NCBI GenBank assembly: GCA_964605195.1
Contig: CAZSBC010000002.1
Coordinates: 3,450 to 60,269 of the forward strand
Direction: 5' to 3'
Source: an uncultured Spirochaetales bacterium
GTDB taxonomy: Bacteria; Spirochaetota; Spirochaetia; JABMQR01
Length of the DNA stretch: 56,820 nt
In this document: piece after piece, positions 28,465-38,727 of the stretch
Numbering within the stretch: position 1 is the stretch's first letter
Layout of the letters: every line of letters begins with the position of its first letter
Notes under the pieces: model-generated
Databases searched by the model: none
What the model saw: the letters and a program-made list of their open reading frames with translations, nothing else
What the model was told of the DNA's origin: nothing
Program-made: the position numbers and the translations under genes

Positions 28465-30366
28465 TTATCTGAATAAATCAGCTATTTCATGCTTGTAGAG
28501 CTCGTTTATGCGGTGCCGTTTGATCTCCTGCTTTGCCGATAGCTCCTCTCCCAGGGTGAAGTGGGTATCGAGTACCTTGAAACGGAAGATGTGCTCATAG
28601 CTCTTGAAGCCGTTTCTGGTGCTGATAAGCTCCTGAATCTCAGAGTTGAACAGCTCCTGGACCTCAACGATATCAAGGAGGTCGGCTCGGGAGATATAGG
28701 GAATGGAGCAGTTCTTGCAGAACAGCTCAAGTTCCTTTCTGTCAGGGACTATCAGGGCGGCAAGATATTTCTTGTCCTGCCCAAGTATGACTGCATGTTC
28801 AATGTAGGGCGATTCCCGCAGTTTCGATTCGATGGGAACCGGTTCAACATTCTCGCCTCCGGAGAGTACTATGGTATCCTTGGCGCGTCCTCTGATGGCA
28901 TATTCACCCTTGCGGGTCCACATCCCGATATCACCGGTATTCAGCCAGCCTTCGCTGTCGATGATCTGTTCAGTCCAGTCGGTGTGTTTGTAGTAACCCA
29001 TCATGACCTGCGGCCCTCTGGCATAGATGACACCCCGTTCTCCGGGCCGGGCAGGCTTTCCAGCTTCGGTGACGATCTTTATCTCCGTCCCGGGGAACGG
29101 AGCCACCGTGGAGGGGACCTGTCGTCTAATGGGACGCAGTCCGATGACGGGACTTGTCTCTGTCAGGCCATACCCGTCAAGCAGGGTAACTCCGATGGCG
29201 GAGAAGAAGCGGTCGACTGCTGAAGGAAGTGATCCGCCCCCGGATACTCCAGCCTTGAAATTCTTACCCAGTTTCTCCTTGATGGTTTTGAAGACCAGAA
29301 CATTCCCCAAGGCCTTGAGTGGGGAGAGCAGGAGGAAGGGAATGATTGCGATGAGAAAGTCGAGCGGGTAGAATCTGATGTGGAACTGGGGCATCCTGTT
29401 TGTCAGCATATTTTGCATGCGTTTCCAGGCTGCTCCTGTGTATATGAAAAAGGAGAAGAGCATGCGGGATACCGCTCCCTTCTTGCGGACATTCTGATAG
29501 ACTCCTGACATGACCGATTCCCAGATACGCGGTACCGATCCCATCCAGGCTGGATTGACGGCCTGGAAATCGGGCAGCATGATTTTACCGATGGGTTTTG
29601 AGTAGGCGATTGTCGATGCTGTCCCGATGATAACATACTGCAGTATGCGTTCAAAGGAGTGCCAGACCGGCAGCACCGAGAGCCAGCGGTCTCCCGGTTT
29701 GATATCCACAACCTGGGGTACCCCCTTGACCTGGTGCAGGAAGTTGCTGTGACTGATCATCACTCCCTTCGGTTCTCCGGTAGTCCCTGATGTGAAGATT
29801 ATCGTTGCCAGATCGTCCGCCTTGCCCTTCTCCAGCTCCTTGACCATGGCCTTGGATTTCTTGCGGTGCAGGTCATGCCCCCGCTTAAGCAGTTCGCTGT
29901 ATGCAATGATTGATAAGCCGGTAATCTCCGCCGCCTTCGGTACGGTGAACTCTTCATCAAAGACAATGATTGTTTCAAGCAACGGCAGGCTTGCTTTCAG
30001 GTTGAGAATCTTCAGAAGCTGCTCTTCATTTTCGGCAAAAGTGATACGGCACTCCGAATAGCCGAGAATATACTCTACTTCGTAAGGCATAGCATCACGA
30101 CCTCTCGGTACATCGGCTGCTCCAAGGGCAAGTATGGCAAGGTCCGTAACCAGCCACTCCTTGCGGTTGTCGGAGATGATGCCGACATGATCCCCCCGTT
30201 TCACGCCTTGCTCTACCAGCGCGGCTGCCATAATCAGCATCTCCTCATAGAGCCGGGAGTATGTGGTCGGTATGAACCTGCCGCTGTTATCCTTCGCCAA
30301 CTGGGCTTCCAGGTCCGGGTGCTGCTCGCTTATGTCACGCAGCAGTTGGGGTATTGTCTGGTACAT
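28465..30366 (-). CDS. Long-chain fatty acid-CoA ligase (AMP-forming, about 630-aa type)
   Basis: AMP-binding motif TSGTTGEPKGVMISH; GYGLTETS; GDIG...RAKD. AAGGAGG lies 6 nt upstream of the ATG at 30366. Confidence 0.85.
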   Translation of the reverse strand: MYQTIPQLLRDISEQHPDLEAQLAKDNSGRFIPTTYSRLYEEMLIMAAALVEQGVKRGDHVGIISDNRKEWLVTDLAILALGAADVPRGRDAMPYEVEYILGYSECRITFAENEEQLLKILNLKASLPLLETIIVFDEEFTVPKAAEITGLSIIAYSELLKRGHDLHRKKSKAMVKELEKGKADDLATIIFTSGTTGEPKGVMISHSNFLHQVKGVPQVVDIKPGDRWLSVLPVWHSFERILQYVIIGTASTIAYSKPIGKIMLPDFQAVNPAWMGSVPRIWESVMSGVYQNVRKKGAVSRMLFSFFIYTGAAWKRMQNMLTNRMPQFHIRFYPLDFLIAIIPFLLLSPLKALGNVLVFKTIKEKLGKNFKAGVSGGGSLPSAVDRFFSAIGVTLLDGYGLTETSPVIGLRPIRRQVPSTVAPFPGTEIKIVTEAGKPARPGERGVIYARGPQVMMGYYKHTDWTEQIIDSEGWLNTGDIGMWTRKGEYAIRGRAKDTIVLSGGENVEPVPIESKLRESPYIEHAVILGQDKKYLAALIVPDRKELELFCKNCSIPYISRADLLDIVEVQELFNSEIQELISTRNGFKSYEHIFRFKVLDTHFTLGEELSAKQEIKRHRINELYKHEIADLFR

Positions 30367-30553
30367 ACACATCCTCCTTGGCGGTACCGTTGGGAAGGGG
30401 GTGATTCATGGGGGAGGAGAATTCTCTTTACACGCAAGGCACTGGACAGTGTAGGAGAGGCTGCAATATTCACACCCCACGTTTTCTCGCAAAATAACCG
30501 TACCGTGTGTTTTGTAACTAATATACTACAGTTTTTCTGAGAAATATATACAA

Positions 30554-30582
30554 TTGACAGTTTTTTCAAGCGCGGGTATCAT
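30554..30582 (+). promoter_or_regulatory. Candidate sigma-70 promoter for the ABC-2/GldG-like operon
   Basis: TTGACA (30554-30559), 17 nt, TATCAT (30577-30582). This predicts a leader of about 65 nt. Confidence 0.5.
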
Positions 30583-30651
30583 CAGTAGGATAGAATAACC
30601 GGTGCAAGCCGGCAGGAGTATCTGCCGAAACCGGATCTGGAGTGTTCGCAA

Positions 30652-31596
30652 ATGATTCAAGTCGATCATCTCACCAAGAGGTATGGCCGTATCGTAGCGG
30701 TTGATGATATCTCCTTCACCATCAATGCCGGTGAAGTAATCGGATTCCTCGGGCCGAACGGGGCCGGGAAGTCGACAACCATGAACATCCTCACCGGATG
30801 TGTTTCTGCCAGTGAGGGGAGTGTCTCCATCAACGGCACCGATATCCTTGATGATCCCTCCGCTGCCAAGCGCATGATCGGGTATCTGCCCGAACACCCG
30901 CCCCTGTACAGCGAGATGACTTCCCTTGAGTACCTCAGGACGGTATGTGACCTGAAGGCAATTCCGGCTGCAGAGCGGAAGCGGGAGATTCCCCGAGTCA
31001 TGGAGAAGGTGGGTATTACGGACGTTTCACGACGCCTGATCCGCAATCTCAGCAAGGGATACCGGCAGCGGGTAGGGCTTGCCCAGGCGATGATCGGGGA
31101 GCCACCGATCCTGATCCTTGACGAACCTACTGTAGGGCTTGATCCCGGACAGATCATAGGTATACGGAAACTCATTACTGATCTCGGGAAGGACCATACG
31201 GTAGTGCTGAGTTCCCACATTCTCTCCGAGGTGCAGGCTGTCTGTGAACGGGTCATGATCATTAACAAGGGCTCAATCATTGCTTCTGACACCCCCGAAC
31301 AGCTCTCAAGAAATCTGTTCGGCACCAATAGGCTCTTTCTCTCAGTCGCAGCGGGTTCAGCTGATGTGGAGTCTGTTATCACTACCATTCCTGCTATTGA
31401 GAATTTTCAGGTCGAAAACGGGGAGGAGAGCGGTACGCTGTCCGTCATGCTCAAGGCACATGATGAAGCCGATATCAGACGGGATGTGTTCATGGCCTTT
31501 GCCGCAGCAGGAATTCCCATTCTGATGATGAGACCGATCGATATGAGCCTGGAGGATATTTTCCTCGACCTTACCCGCTCGGAGGTGGAGCTATGA
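30652..31596 (+). CDS. ABC-2-type transporter ATP-binding protein (GldA-like)
   Basis: Walker A GPNGAGKST, signature LSKGYRQR, Walker B LILDEPT. Confidence 0.85.
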   Translation: MIQVDHLTKRYGRIVAVDDISFTINAGEVIGFLGPNGAGKSTTMNILTGCVSASEGSVSINGTDILDDPSAAKRMIGYLPEHPPLYSEMTSLEYLRTVCDLKAIPAAERKREIPRVMEKVGITDVSRRLIRNLSKGYRQRVGLAQAMIGEPPILILDEPTVGLDPGQIIGIRKLITDLGKDHTVVLSSHILSEVQAVCERVMIINKGSIIASDTPEQLSRNLFGTNRLFLSVAAGSADVESVITTIPAIENFQVENGEESGTLSVMLKAHDEADIRRDVFMAFAAAGIPILMMRPIDMSLEDIFLDLTRSEVEL

Positions 31597-32456
31597 TTGC
31601 AGTATACAAAAAAGAGCTGAAGACCTATTTCCTCTCTCCGGGGGGCTATATTTTCATGGGGGCATTCCTGTTGATTGCAGGGCTGCTCTTCACCCTGCAG
31701 AATATCTTTTCCGGCAGTAGCGACTATGCCGGCTTCCTCGGCAGCCTCATCTTTATTTTTCTGCTGGTGGTGCCGATACTGACCATGCGGCTCTTCACCG
31801 AGGAGAAGCGCCAGAAGACCGATATCCTGCTGCTGACAAGCCCGGTGAAAATCAGCGGAATCGTGCTGGGGAAATATCTTGCAGCGGTGACACTCTTCGG
31901 AGCAACCCTGGTAATAACCATGCTCTTTCCCCTTTTCCTCAGTTTTCACGGGCGACTCGACTGGGTTCAGATATGGGGAACCTATATCGGTTTCTTCTTC
32001 CTGGGAAGCGCTTTTGTCGCCATCGGCACCTACATTTCAGAGGTGGCGGAGAGCCAGACCTCTGCAGCTATCCTCACATTCTGCGGACTGCTGGCCAGCT
32101 GGGTGATCGACTTCGTCAGGGGCTTTGTCCCGATGTCCTCAATTGCAGGAGCTGTGACTGTACTGATCATAGCAGCTGCAGTGATCGGGCTGTTTCAGCG
32201 CAGGACCGAAGCGTGGCGGGTGAGTGTCACGGCAGCAGTTGTCGTGATTGTCGTAACAATGATCCTCTATCTTACCGGCCCCGATCTCTTCTATGGCCTG
32301 ATCAGCAGGATTATAGCATGGTTTTCCCTGACTAGCCGTTTCCAGCGATTCTCCATGGGAATCCTGCGGCTGGATGCCGTAATCTATTATATGAGTTTCT
32401 CGGCATTCTTTCTCTACCTCACCGGGAGCCGCATCGAATCCCGACGCTGGAGCTGA
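31593..32456 (+). CDS. ABC-2 family permease (GldF-like)
   Basis: About 6 TM segments. The start overlaps the ATPase stop (ATGA). Confidence 0.75.
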   Translation: MIAVYKKELKTYFLSPGGYIFMGAFLLIAGLLFTLQNIFSGSSDYAGFLGSLIFIFLLVVPILTMRLFTEEKRQKTDILLLTSPVKISGIVLGKYLAAVTLFGATLVITMLFPLFLSFHGRLDWVQIWGTYIGFFFLGSAFVAIGTYISEVAESQTSAAILTFCGLLASWVIDFVRGFVPMSSIAGAVTVLIIAAAVIGLFQRRTEAWRVSVTAAVVVIVVTMILYLTGPDLFYGLISRIIAWFSLTSRFQRFSMGILRLDAVIYYMSFSAFFLYLTGSRIESRRWS

Positions 32457-32459
32457 TGT

Positions 32460-33911
32460 ATGAAGATGAAGAAGATGTCATTTAAGGTAAAATATGCGGC
32501 GATTTCGGTTGCCATCACCCTTGCTGTGCTGGCAGGCCTCGTCCTGGTCAATATTATTGTCGGAGAGCTGGATGTAACCTTCGATATGACCCGGCGGGAT
32601 CTCTACACCCTGACAGAGGAGAGTGAAGAGCTGCTCGATTCCATGGAGCAGGAGGTGACCATCTACTATCTTGCAAAACCGGGCAGTGAGAATATTACCG
32701 TTCTTGAGCTGCTGAGGCAGTATGCTGCCAAGCAGAAGGTCCGGCTGCAGGTTGTAGATCCCGACCGCAATCCTGCCCTGATAGCAACCTATGCCGAAAC
32801 AGCGGGGGAGGGAGAGGATGCCAGGTCAGTCTCGGTCGGATCGGTTATTGTCGCAAGCGAAGGGAGGAGCCGGATTGTCCCGAGCATCGATCTCTACAAT
32901 GTCTCCTATACCGAGAATGGCGGAGTGAATGTCTACGGGTTTAAGGCTGAGCAGAGTATTTCAGCCGCTATCCAGTATGTTGCTACGGGGAAGCAACTGC
33001 AGGTGTACCAGCTGATCGGGCACGATGAATATACCTTCGAGGATCTGACCTATGCAGGTGCCCTCGAGAAGAGTAACTTCACGCTACACACCCTGAATAT
33101 GACTACGGCTGTCCGTATCCCCGATGATGCCGATATTGTGACTATTATCAGCCCCTCCTGGGACTACAGCAAGAATGAGACGGGAAAGATCAGAGATTTC
33201 CTTGAACGCGACGGCAGTCTCTTTGTTGCCCTTGATTTCGTACAGGACGATCTGAAAAACCTCTTAGAGCTGCTGGCCGCCTGGAATATCGAGGTACGCC
33301 GTGGAGTGGTGATGGAGCAGGATACAGGCAGATTGATTCCCGAATTTGGCAGCTCACCGCTGGCATTCTCTCCTCTGTATGCCGAGGAGGAGATAACCGG
33401 GCCATTGTCGGAGAACAACCAGGCCATGATCATCACGACATCCCTCGGATTCAGGGAGACTGGTATCAGCAAGCGCAATATCGAATTCATTCCCGTCCTG
33501 CAAAGCTCCCCGAAATCCTGGCTGCGTATTGACCTCAACACAACCTCGCAGAACAGGATCATGTCCGACATCTCCGGCCCGGTCGTTGTGGCAGCAGCTG
33601 CCGCGGAAAAGAGCATGGAGACGGGCTTCCAGGAGGGTTCCAAACTCCTGGTCATCGGTTCGGCCCAGTCGTTCACTCCGCTGACAGGGGTCGGATCGCT
33701 GAAAGCCAACTTTGATTTTACCGTCTCGGCCATGGGCTGGCTGGCAGGTGCCGGTAATCTGATCAATGTGCAGAGCAGAAGCCTCTACCGGCTGCCCCTC
33801 CAGCTCAGTGCCACCAATGCGTTTCTCTATGCTGGTATTGTCGTTATCCTCATACCCTTCGGGATCATAGCTGCCGGGCTGATCGTCTACCTGAGGAGAA
33901 AACGGCTATGA
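32460..33911 (+). CDS. GldG-like ABC transporter auxiliary component
   Basis: N- and C-terminal TM anchors with a large extracytoplasmic domain. TIYYL...LLRQYAAKQKVRLQVVDPDRNP matches the ABC_transp_aux family pattern. Confidence 0.7.
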   Translation: MKMKKMSFKVKYAAISVAITLAVLAGLVLVNIIVGELDVTFDMTRRDLYTLTEESEELLDSMEQEVTIYYLAKPGSENITVLELLRQYAAKQKVRLQVVDPDRNPALIATYAETAGEGEDARSVSVGSVIVASEGRSRIVPSIDLYNVSYTENGGVNVYGFKAEQSISAAIQYVATGKQLQVYQLIGHDEYTFEDLTYAGALEKSNFTLHTLNMTTAVRIPDDADIVTIISPSWDYSKNETGKIRDFLERDGSLFVALDFVQDDLKNLLELLAAWNIEVRRGVVMEQDTGRLIPEFGSSPLAFSPLYAEEEITGPLSENNQAMIITTSLGFRETGISKRNIEFIPVLQSSPKSWLRIDLNTTSQNRIMSDISGPVVVAAAAAEKSMETGFQEGSKLLVIGSAQSFTPLTGVGSLKANFDFTVSAMGWLAGAGNLINVQSRSLYRLPLQLSATNAFLYAGIVVILIPFGIIAAGLIVYLRRKRL

Positions 33912-35365
33912 AACGGATCCGGGTGCTGCTGATCACCGTTGCCGTACTGGCTGCGCTAACTATTGCCGCATATTTCCTTGTATTCAGGGATGACGTTCCT
34001 GAGCAGGTAGCGGGAGAAGAAACTCCGCCTGCAGCGAGTGTCGGGGAGGAGTCGGAGGAGGCCTATAGCCCGGTGCAGCTCGTTGAGATGAATCAAGCTG
34101 ATACGGTAAGAAGCCTGCGGGTTACCCGCGGTGAGGCCGCTTTCACGCTGCGGATCAATGAGGGAGAGGCTGAGGGTGAATCGATGAGGGTGGTTATTGA
34201 GGAGTATCCCGGCATAGCGATACCCGGAGAGACTTTTTCCAGCCTGCTCTTTGCCCTGATGCTGGCATCTGCGACTGAGACGGTTGCCGAAGGTACGGCT
34301 GACCTGGTTCAGTTCGGACTTGCGGAGCCGGAGGCACGATGCACCATTACCACCGACACCACCGAACAGACGCTACTGCTCGGCAGCAGGAACCCCTCGG
34401 GGACAGCCCGCTACGTCATGCGTGAAGGGGAGAGAGCTGTCTATCTTGTCCAGTCCTATTTTACCGATATGCTATTTCCCACACTCTATGCCCTTCGTAA
34501 GAAGCAGTTTGATCCGGTGGATCTGCAGCAATTCGATTCCCTGCAGGTGGAACAGCAGGGGAGCACACACTATGTTGTGCAGAGGTACCGGAGTGATGAT
34601 CCCTTTGATCCCGGTCTCTTCCCGTTCTACTTCACCGCCCCCTTTGATCCCCCCAACTTCTTTGAGCTGCTTGCTCCGCTGCAGGAAGGGTTGACTGTTG
34701 CAGAGTTTATAGATGATCCCGGGGAACTCTCAGAATATGGCCTGGATGATGCAACTGCCGTATCGGTAACCATCGGGACTGCTGACGGCGGCAGCAGGAA
34801 GCTGCTGCTTGGGGATGAGACCGGTGATGGGCTGCGTTATCTTCTGGAGGCAGGAACGGCTTCCCCGGTCATGCTGCTGCCGGCAGAAGCCTTTAGGTTC
34901 ATCGGGATTTCCCCCTTTGCCTATGTGGAATCCTTTGTTGCACTGGTAGGCATAGATACCGTCAGCGGCTTTGACCTGGTCATAGAGGACCGTATCCTCA
35001 ATGCCGAGATACTGCGCAGCGGGGAGGGGGATGATACGACCGAAATCTATCTGGCCAATGGCATTGAGGTAACCGAAGATGCCTTCAAGGATTTCTACCA
35101 GGTGATCATCGGACGCCAGATTGAGGGAGAGGCTGATCCTGAAGTGGTACAGGCGTCAATAGACGCAGCTCCCGTGCTGACTCTTACCTATTACCATGCA
35201 GATGATCCCGACCTGAAGAAGGTAGTGGAACTCTATCCCTATAATGGGGAGTTTCTGGTTGTCAGCATAGGTGGCGGTAAACGTAATTTCCTCGTCGGGA
35301 GGTATCAGGCACAGTATATTGCAGAGCAGGCAGAGCTGCTTCTGGGAGGATCGGGTACACCGTGA
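33908..35365 (+). CDS. DUF4340-like exported protein, the usual partner of GldG-like genes
   Basis: N-terminal anchor MKRIRVLLITVAVLAALTIAAYF. Position and size match the DUF4340 proteins that follow gldG homologs. The start overlaps the upstream stop. Confidence 0.55.
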   Translation: MKRIRVLLITVAVLAALTIAAYFLVFRDDVPEQVAGEETPPAASVGEESEEAYSPVQLVEMNQADTVRSLRVTRGEAAFTLRINEGEAEGESMRVVIEEYPGIAIPGETFSSLLFALMLASATETVAEGTADLVQFGLAEPEARCTITTDTTEQTLLLGSRNPSGTARYVMREGERAVYLVQSYFTDMLFPTLYALRKKQFDPVDLQQFDSLQVEQQGSTHYVVQRYRSDDPFDPGLFPFYFTAPFDPPNFFELLAPLQEGLTVAEFIDDPGELSEYGLDDATAVSVTIGTADGGSRKLLLGDETGDGLRYLLEAGTASPVMLLPAEAFRFIGISPFAYVESFVALVGIDTVSGFDLVIEDRILNAEILRSGEGDDTTEIYLANGIEVTEDAFKDFYQVIIGRQIEGEADPEVVQASIDAAPVLTLTYYHADDPDLKKVVELYPYNGEFLVVSIGGGKRNFLVGRYQAQYIAEQAELLLGGSGTP

Positions 35366-35404
35366 AGACCCTCCACCCAGCAATTGCAGGGTGGAGTGGC
35401 GTTG

Positions 35405-35437
35405 AAAAAACGGGCTGTTGCAGAGTGCAACAGCCCG
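35405..35437 (-). terminator. Rho-independent terminator downstream of hpf
   Basis: CGGGCTGTTGCA-gag-TGCAACAGCCCG (12-bp stem), followed on the minus strand by TTTTTT (35405-35410). A separate 8-bp hairpin at 35371-35396 follows the plus-strand DUF4340 gene. Confidence 0.75.
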
Positions 35438-35453
35438 GTGATATATTCAGGTA

Positions 35454-35777
35454 TCAGATGATTTCCGGTTCAGGGACCTTGGTCCCATGATCCTTGATTT
35501 TATCCTTTTCCTTGCGCACAATTCCTTCAAGCTTATCAACAAAGTATTCAATAGCTTCATAGAGTTCATAGCCGTCTGCATGCACTATTTTCATTTTTCC
35601 CCATTGGAAATGCACTTTTCCCTCTATTTTGTAACTCTGATGCGGTTCCTTATGAACATTTATCTGCAGGTCCACAATATACTCTTTCGCAAAGTCGATA
35701 CGAGCGAGTTTCTTGTCAAAAAACTCCATTGTAGTGTCAGTTACGTTGTAATGGATGCCTCTGATTTCCAGATTCAT
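35454..35777 (-). CDS. hpf: Ribosome hibernation promoting factor / sigma-54 modulation protein (short form)
   Basis: MNLEIRGIHYNVTDTTMEFFDKKLARI... AAGGAGG lies 5 nt upstream of the ATG at 35777. The gene is immediately downstream of rpoN. Confidence 0.85.
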   Translation of the reverse strand: MNLEIRGIHYNVTDTTMEFFDKKLARIDFAKEYIVDLQINVHKEPHQSYKIEGKVHFQWGKMKIVHADGYELYEAIEYFVDKLEGIVRKEKDKIKDHGTKVPEPEII

Positions 35778-35916
35778 AGCCACCTCCTTGGTTGTGGATT
35801 ATGAGAGGGATACTACTTATTGAACAGTTCTCATATATAAAGGATACGGCTTTGCGGCAGGTTAAGTCAAATTATTTCTGACAGATTTTTTATAACTGTT
35901 GGGTTGGCCGGGTCGG

Positions 35917-37296
35917 TCACTTGCTGCGGTCAAAGGATGAATCGATATTGAGTTCCCTGCGGTACTTGGCCACGGTCCTGCGGGCAATCGTTATTCCCCG
36001 CTCGAGCAGCAGGTCGGCGATTTTCTGGTCTGAAAGACGCTTCTTTCCTTCGTAGTTCTCAATGATCTCCCGTACGATCTCTTTGACACCGGTTTTCGAG
36101 ACGGCTTTCCCGTCATCTCCCTTGCCCTGTACGGCGTTGCTGAAGAAATACTTGATTGGGAATATTCCCCAGTCGGTCTGGATGTGTTTGGCATTCGATA
36201 TCCTGGAGACCGTTGTTTCGTGCACCTCAATCTGATCGGCGACATCCTTCAGCGTCAGCGGGCGCAGGTATCGCGGTCCCTTGATGAAGAAATCGAACTG
36301 GTGCTTCAGCAGGACGGCTCCGACCTTGCGCAGGGTGGCATTGCGCATCTCAATGCTGCTTATGAGAAATTGTGCTGAGCGGATGGATTTCTGTATGAAG
36401 GAGTCGGTTTCACGATCCAGATGCCCGGCATCGCTTCCGAGGGCGACGAATTCGGGATCAATTTTCAGGAGCGGGAGCTGGTCACTGTTCATCTGCAGTA
36501 CAAGTTTCCCGTCTATACTTCGTATCGCAAGATCAGGCACAATATACTGTGTTGACTCCTGCGAGAATATACTTCCCGGGTAGGGGTTGAGGCTCTTGAT
36601 GAAGTGTACGGCAAGTTCCACGTCTTCAATATCGATGGAGTACGCTTTGGCAATGACATCCAGCTTCCCTCTTCGTATGGTCTCCAGATGGTTTGCCACA
36701 ATGTCCCCGGCAAAGGGCGGGGCTGTGGGATCCATATCGACCTGCAGCAGCAGTGAGTCAAGGTAGTTGGCCGTGCAGATGCCGGGCGGGTCGAATGTCC
36801 TGATGGTGGTGATCATCTTCTTCAGCAGCGGCTGTTGCTTCTCATCCACCAGTGCCTCAGGCGGGTCCCGGTAGAATCCGTTCTGATCCAGATTTGATAT
36901 CAGCAACTCTCCGAGAGTGACTTCATCGACATCAAGTTTCAGGAAATGCAACTGCTCAAGCAGATGCTCCTGGAGGGACTCTTCCCGGGCCAGCGCTCCC
37001 TGGATGAACTTGTGTTTCGAATCCGGATCGTACTGATTCGATTTCCGTATATAGCCCGGGTCGGAGCTGTTCTCAAAGGGATCAATCGTACCGCTGCGCT
37101 GAGTTCGCTGTTCGAATCGTTCAAATGAGATATCTCGGGTGGAGTTGATCTGCAGGGCCGGATTCTTCTCAATCTCCGTCTGGATCCTTTCACGCAGGTC
37201 CATGATGGGCAGGGCCATCAGTTCCAGGGACTGGTACATCTGAGGACTGAGTTTCAACTGCTGTTTCTGGGCTATAACCAATCGTTGGGACTGCAT
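35917..37296 (-). CDS. rpoN: RNA polymerase sigma-54 factor
   Basis: N-terminus LKLSPQMYQSLELMALPIMDL and C-terminal RpoN box ARRTVAKYR. Confidence 0.95.
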   Translation of the reverse strand: MQSQRLVIAQKQQLKLSPQMYQSLELMALPIMDLRERIQTEIEKNPALQINSTRDISFERFEQRTQRSGTIDPFENSSDPGYIRKSNQYDPDSKHKFIQGALAREESLQEHLLEQLHFLKLDVDEVTLGELLISNLDQNGFYRDPPEALVDEKQQPLLKKMITTIRTFDPPGICTANYLDSLLLQVDMDPTAPPFAGDIVANHLETIRRGKLDVIAKAYSIDIEDVELAVHFIKSLNPYPGSIFSQESTQYIVPDLAIRSIDGKLVLQMNSDQLPLLKIDPEFVALGSDAGHLDRETDSFIQKSIRSAQFLISSIEMRNATLRKVGAVLLKHQFDFFIKGPRYLRPLTLKDVADQIEVHETTVSRISNAKHIQTDWGIFPIKYFFSNAVQGKGDDGKAVSKTGVKEIVREIIENYEGKKRLSDQKIADLLLERGITIARRTVAKYRRELNIDSSFDRSK

Positions 37297-37325
37297 AGTA
37301 TCTACCTGCTGCTACAGTATCATAA

Positions 37326-38060
37326 TTAGGGAGTAAAGTCTGTTCCCAAATAGTTATTTCTGGCAAGATCGCTCTGCAGCAGAGTATTGCGGTCTCCAGA
37401 AATGAGGATCTCCCCATGCTTAATGATGTGGGAGTAGTGGGTTATCTCCAGCGTCTCCCGTACATTGTGATCGGTGATGAGAATCCCGATGCCGCTTTTT
37501 GCCAGCTGCAGGATGATTTTTTTTATATCCTGTACCACTATCGGGTCTATTCCCACGAACGGTTCGTCCAGCAGCAGGAACTTTGGGCTGATTGCCAGAT
37601 TCCTGGCAATTTCTGTCCTGCGACGTTCCCCGCCCGAGAGGGTATATGCCGGCTGCCGACGTACCTCATCCAGTCCGAAACTCGTGATAAGGCGCTCTAG
37701 TTCCGCACTGCGGGCGATATGGTCAAGATCATTTCTTGTCTCCAGGATAGCCCATATATTCTTCTCAACCGTGAGTTTACGGAATACCGAAGGTTCCTGA
37801 GAGAGATACGAGATGCCCATCTGAGCCCGCCGGTACATGGGAAGTCTGGTGATTTCGCGCTCATTGAAGCGCACTGAGCCGGAAGAGGCGTTGATAAAGC
37901 CGACGATGATGTAGAATACCGTAGTCTTTCCAGCACCGTTCGGGCCGAGCAGGCCGACGATCTCCCCTGAGTGCATAGTGAATGAGACGTTGGCTACGGC
38001 TACCTTGCTTCCGTAGAGCTTGCGTATACCGCTTACCGAGAGTGTGTCATTCGGATTCAT
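37326..38060 (-). CDS. lptB: LPS export ABC transporter ATP-binding protein
   Basis: GPNGAGKTT, LSGGERRR, LLLDEPF. It is located between the lptA-like gene and rpoN, as in the canonical locus. ATG at 38060 is preferred over the ORF-track start at 38099. Confidence 0.85.
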   Translation of the reverse strand: MNPNDTLSVSGIRKLYGSKVAVANVSFTMHSGEIVGLLGPNGAGKTTVFYIIVGFINASSGSVRFNEREITRLPMYRRAQMGISYLSQEPSVFRKLTVEKNIWAILETRNDLDHIARSAELERLITSFGLDEVRRQPAYTLSGGERRRTEIARNLAISPKFLLLDEPFVGIDPIVVQDIKKIILQLAKSGIGILITDHNVRETLEITHYSHIIKHGEILISGDRNTLLQSDLARNNYLGTDFTP

Positions 38061-38727
38061 TGATATTACCGGAGACGCCGCCCTCAAGGGTGATTTCATT
38101 GGTTGAGAGGTCTACATGGATTCTGGCGGCTTCATATTTGGATCCCTCGTAATAGACCTCTGCGGATCCTGTCAGTTCCAGCGTCTCCTCGGCTGTTCTG
38201 AAGAGGGCGGAATCAGCCTTGCAGTACATGTACTGCTCGCCTTCATCGGCTTTGAGAATGGAAACGTTGATCTGGATAAGTATGATTTCAGCTTCACGGT
38301 CATTCTTGAGGTAGGCCCCCCTGGCCACAATTTCGTTCTTGCGGTCATAGAGTTCCGCCCAACCGTTGATGACCAGAGACTCGGTCTCCCTGTCGTAGTT
38401 GAGGACATTCGAGACTAGTTCCAGCTCCTCAGCACTCTCCTCAAGCCGCACATTGCCGCTGCAGGCGATGAAGCGGGAATTTTGCCCGAAGATATCGATT
38501 GCATCGGCTTCGATGTAGATATTCCCCGTACGCACCCAGGCGCCGCCACTGAGGGAAATCTCTTCACTGCCCTGCCTGAGGGAAGCACGGGTGAAGTTGC
38601 CGGCAAAACTGATGCCGCTATCCCCTTCAGTCTGCTCTGTGGTATCATCTGCTGTCAGCAGCTGCAAGCCGGCCGGCAGCAGCAGAAGGCATAGAGCTGT
38701 CATTACCAATACAATTCGTCTACTCAT
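38047..38727 (-). CDS. LptA/OstA-N-like periplasmic protein
   Basis: Signal peptide MSRRIVLVMTALCLLLLPAGLQLLTA, repetitive beta-jellyroll-like sequence, and position upstream of lptB. Confidence 0.6.
   Translation of the reverse strand: MSRRIVLVMTALCLLLLPAGLQLLTADDTTEQTEGDSGISFAGNFTRASLRQGSEEISLSGGAWVRTGNIYIEADAIDIFGQNSRFIACSGNVRLEESAEELELVSNVLNYDRETESLVINGWAELYDRKNEIVARGAYLKNDREAEIILIQINVSILKADEGEQYMYCKADSALFRTAEETLELTGSAEVYYEGSKYEAARIHVDLSTNEITLEGGVSGNINESE

Noticed and set aside
30367-30553. Long untranslated stretch upstream of the acyl-CoA ligase gene. It contains a 10-bp palindrome GAGAATTCTC (30417-30426) and G-rich/C-rich runs that could pair. I considered a riboswitch or regulator site.
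   Set aside because: It does not resemble any riboswitch class I can recognise and I could not define a convincing conserved structure by eye. It would need covariance-model scanning (Rfam/Infernal) and comparative alignment.
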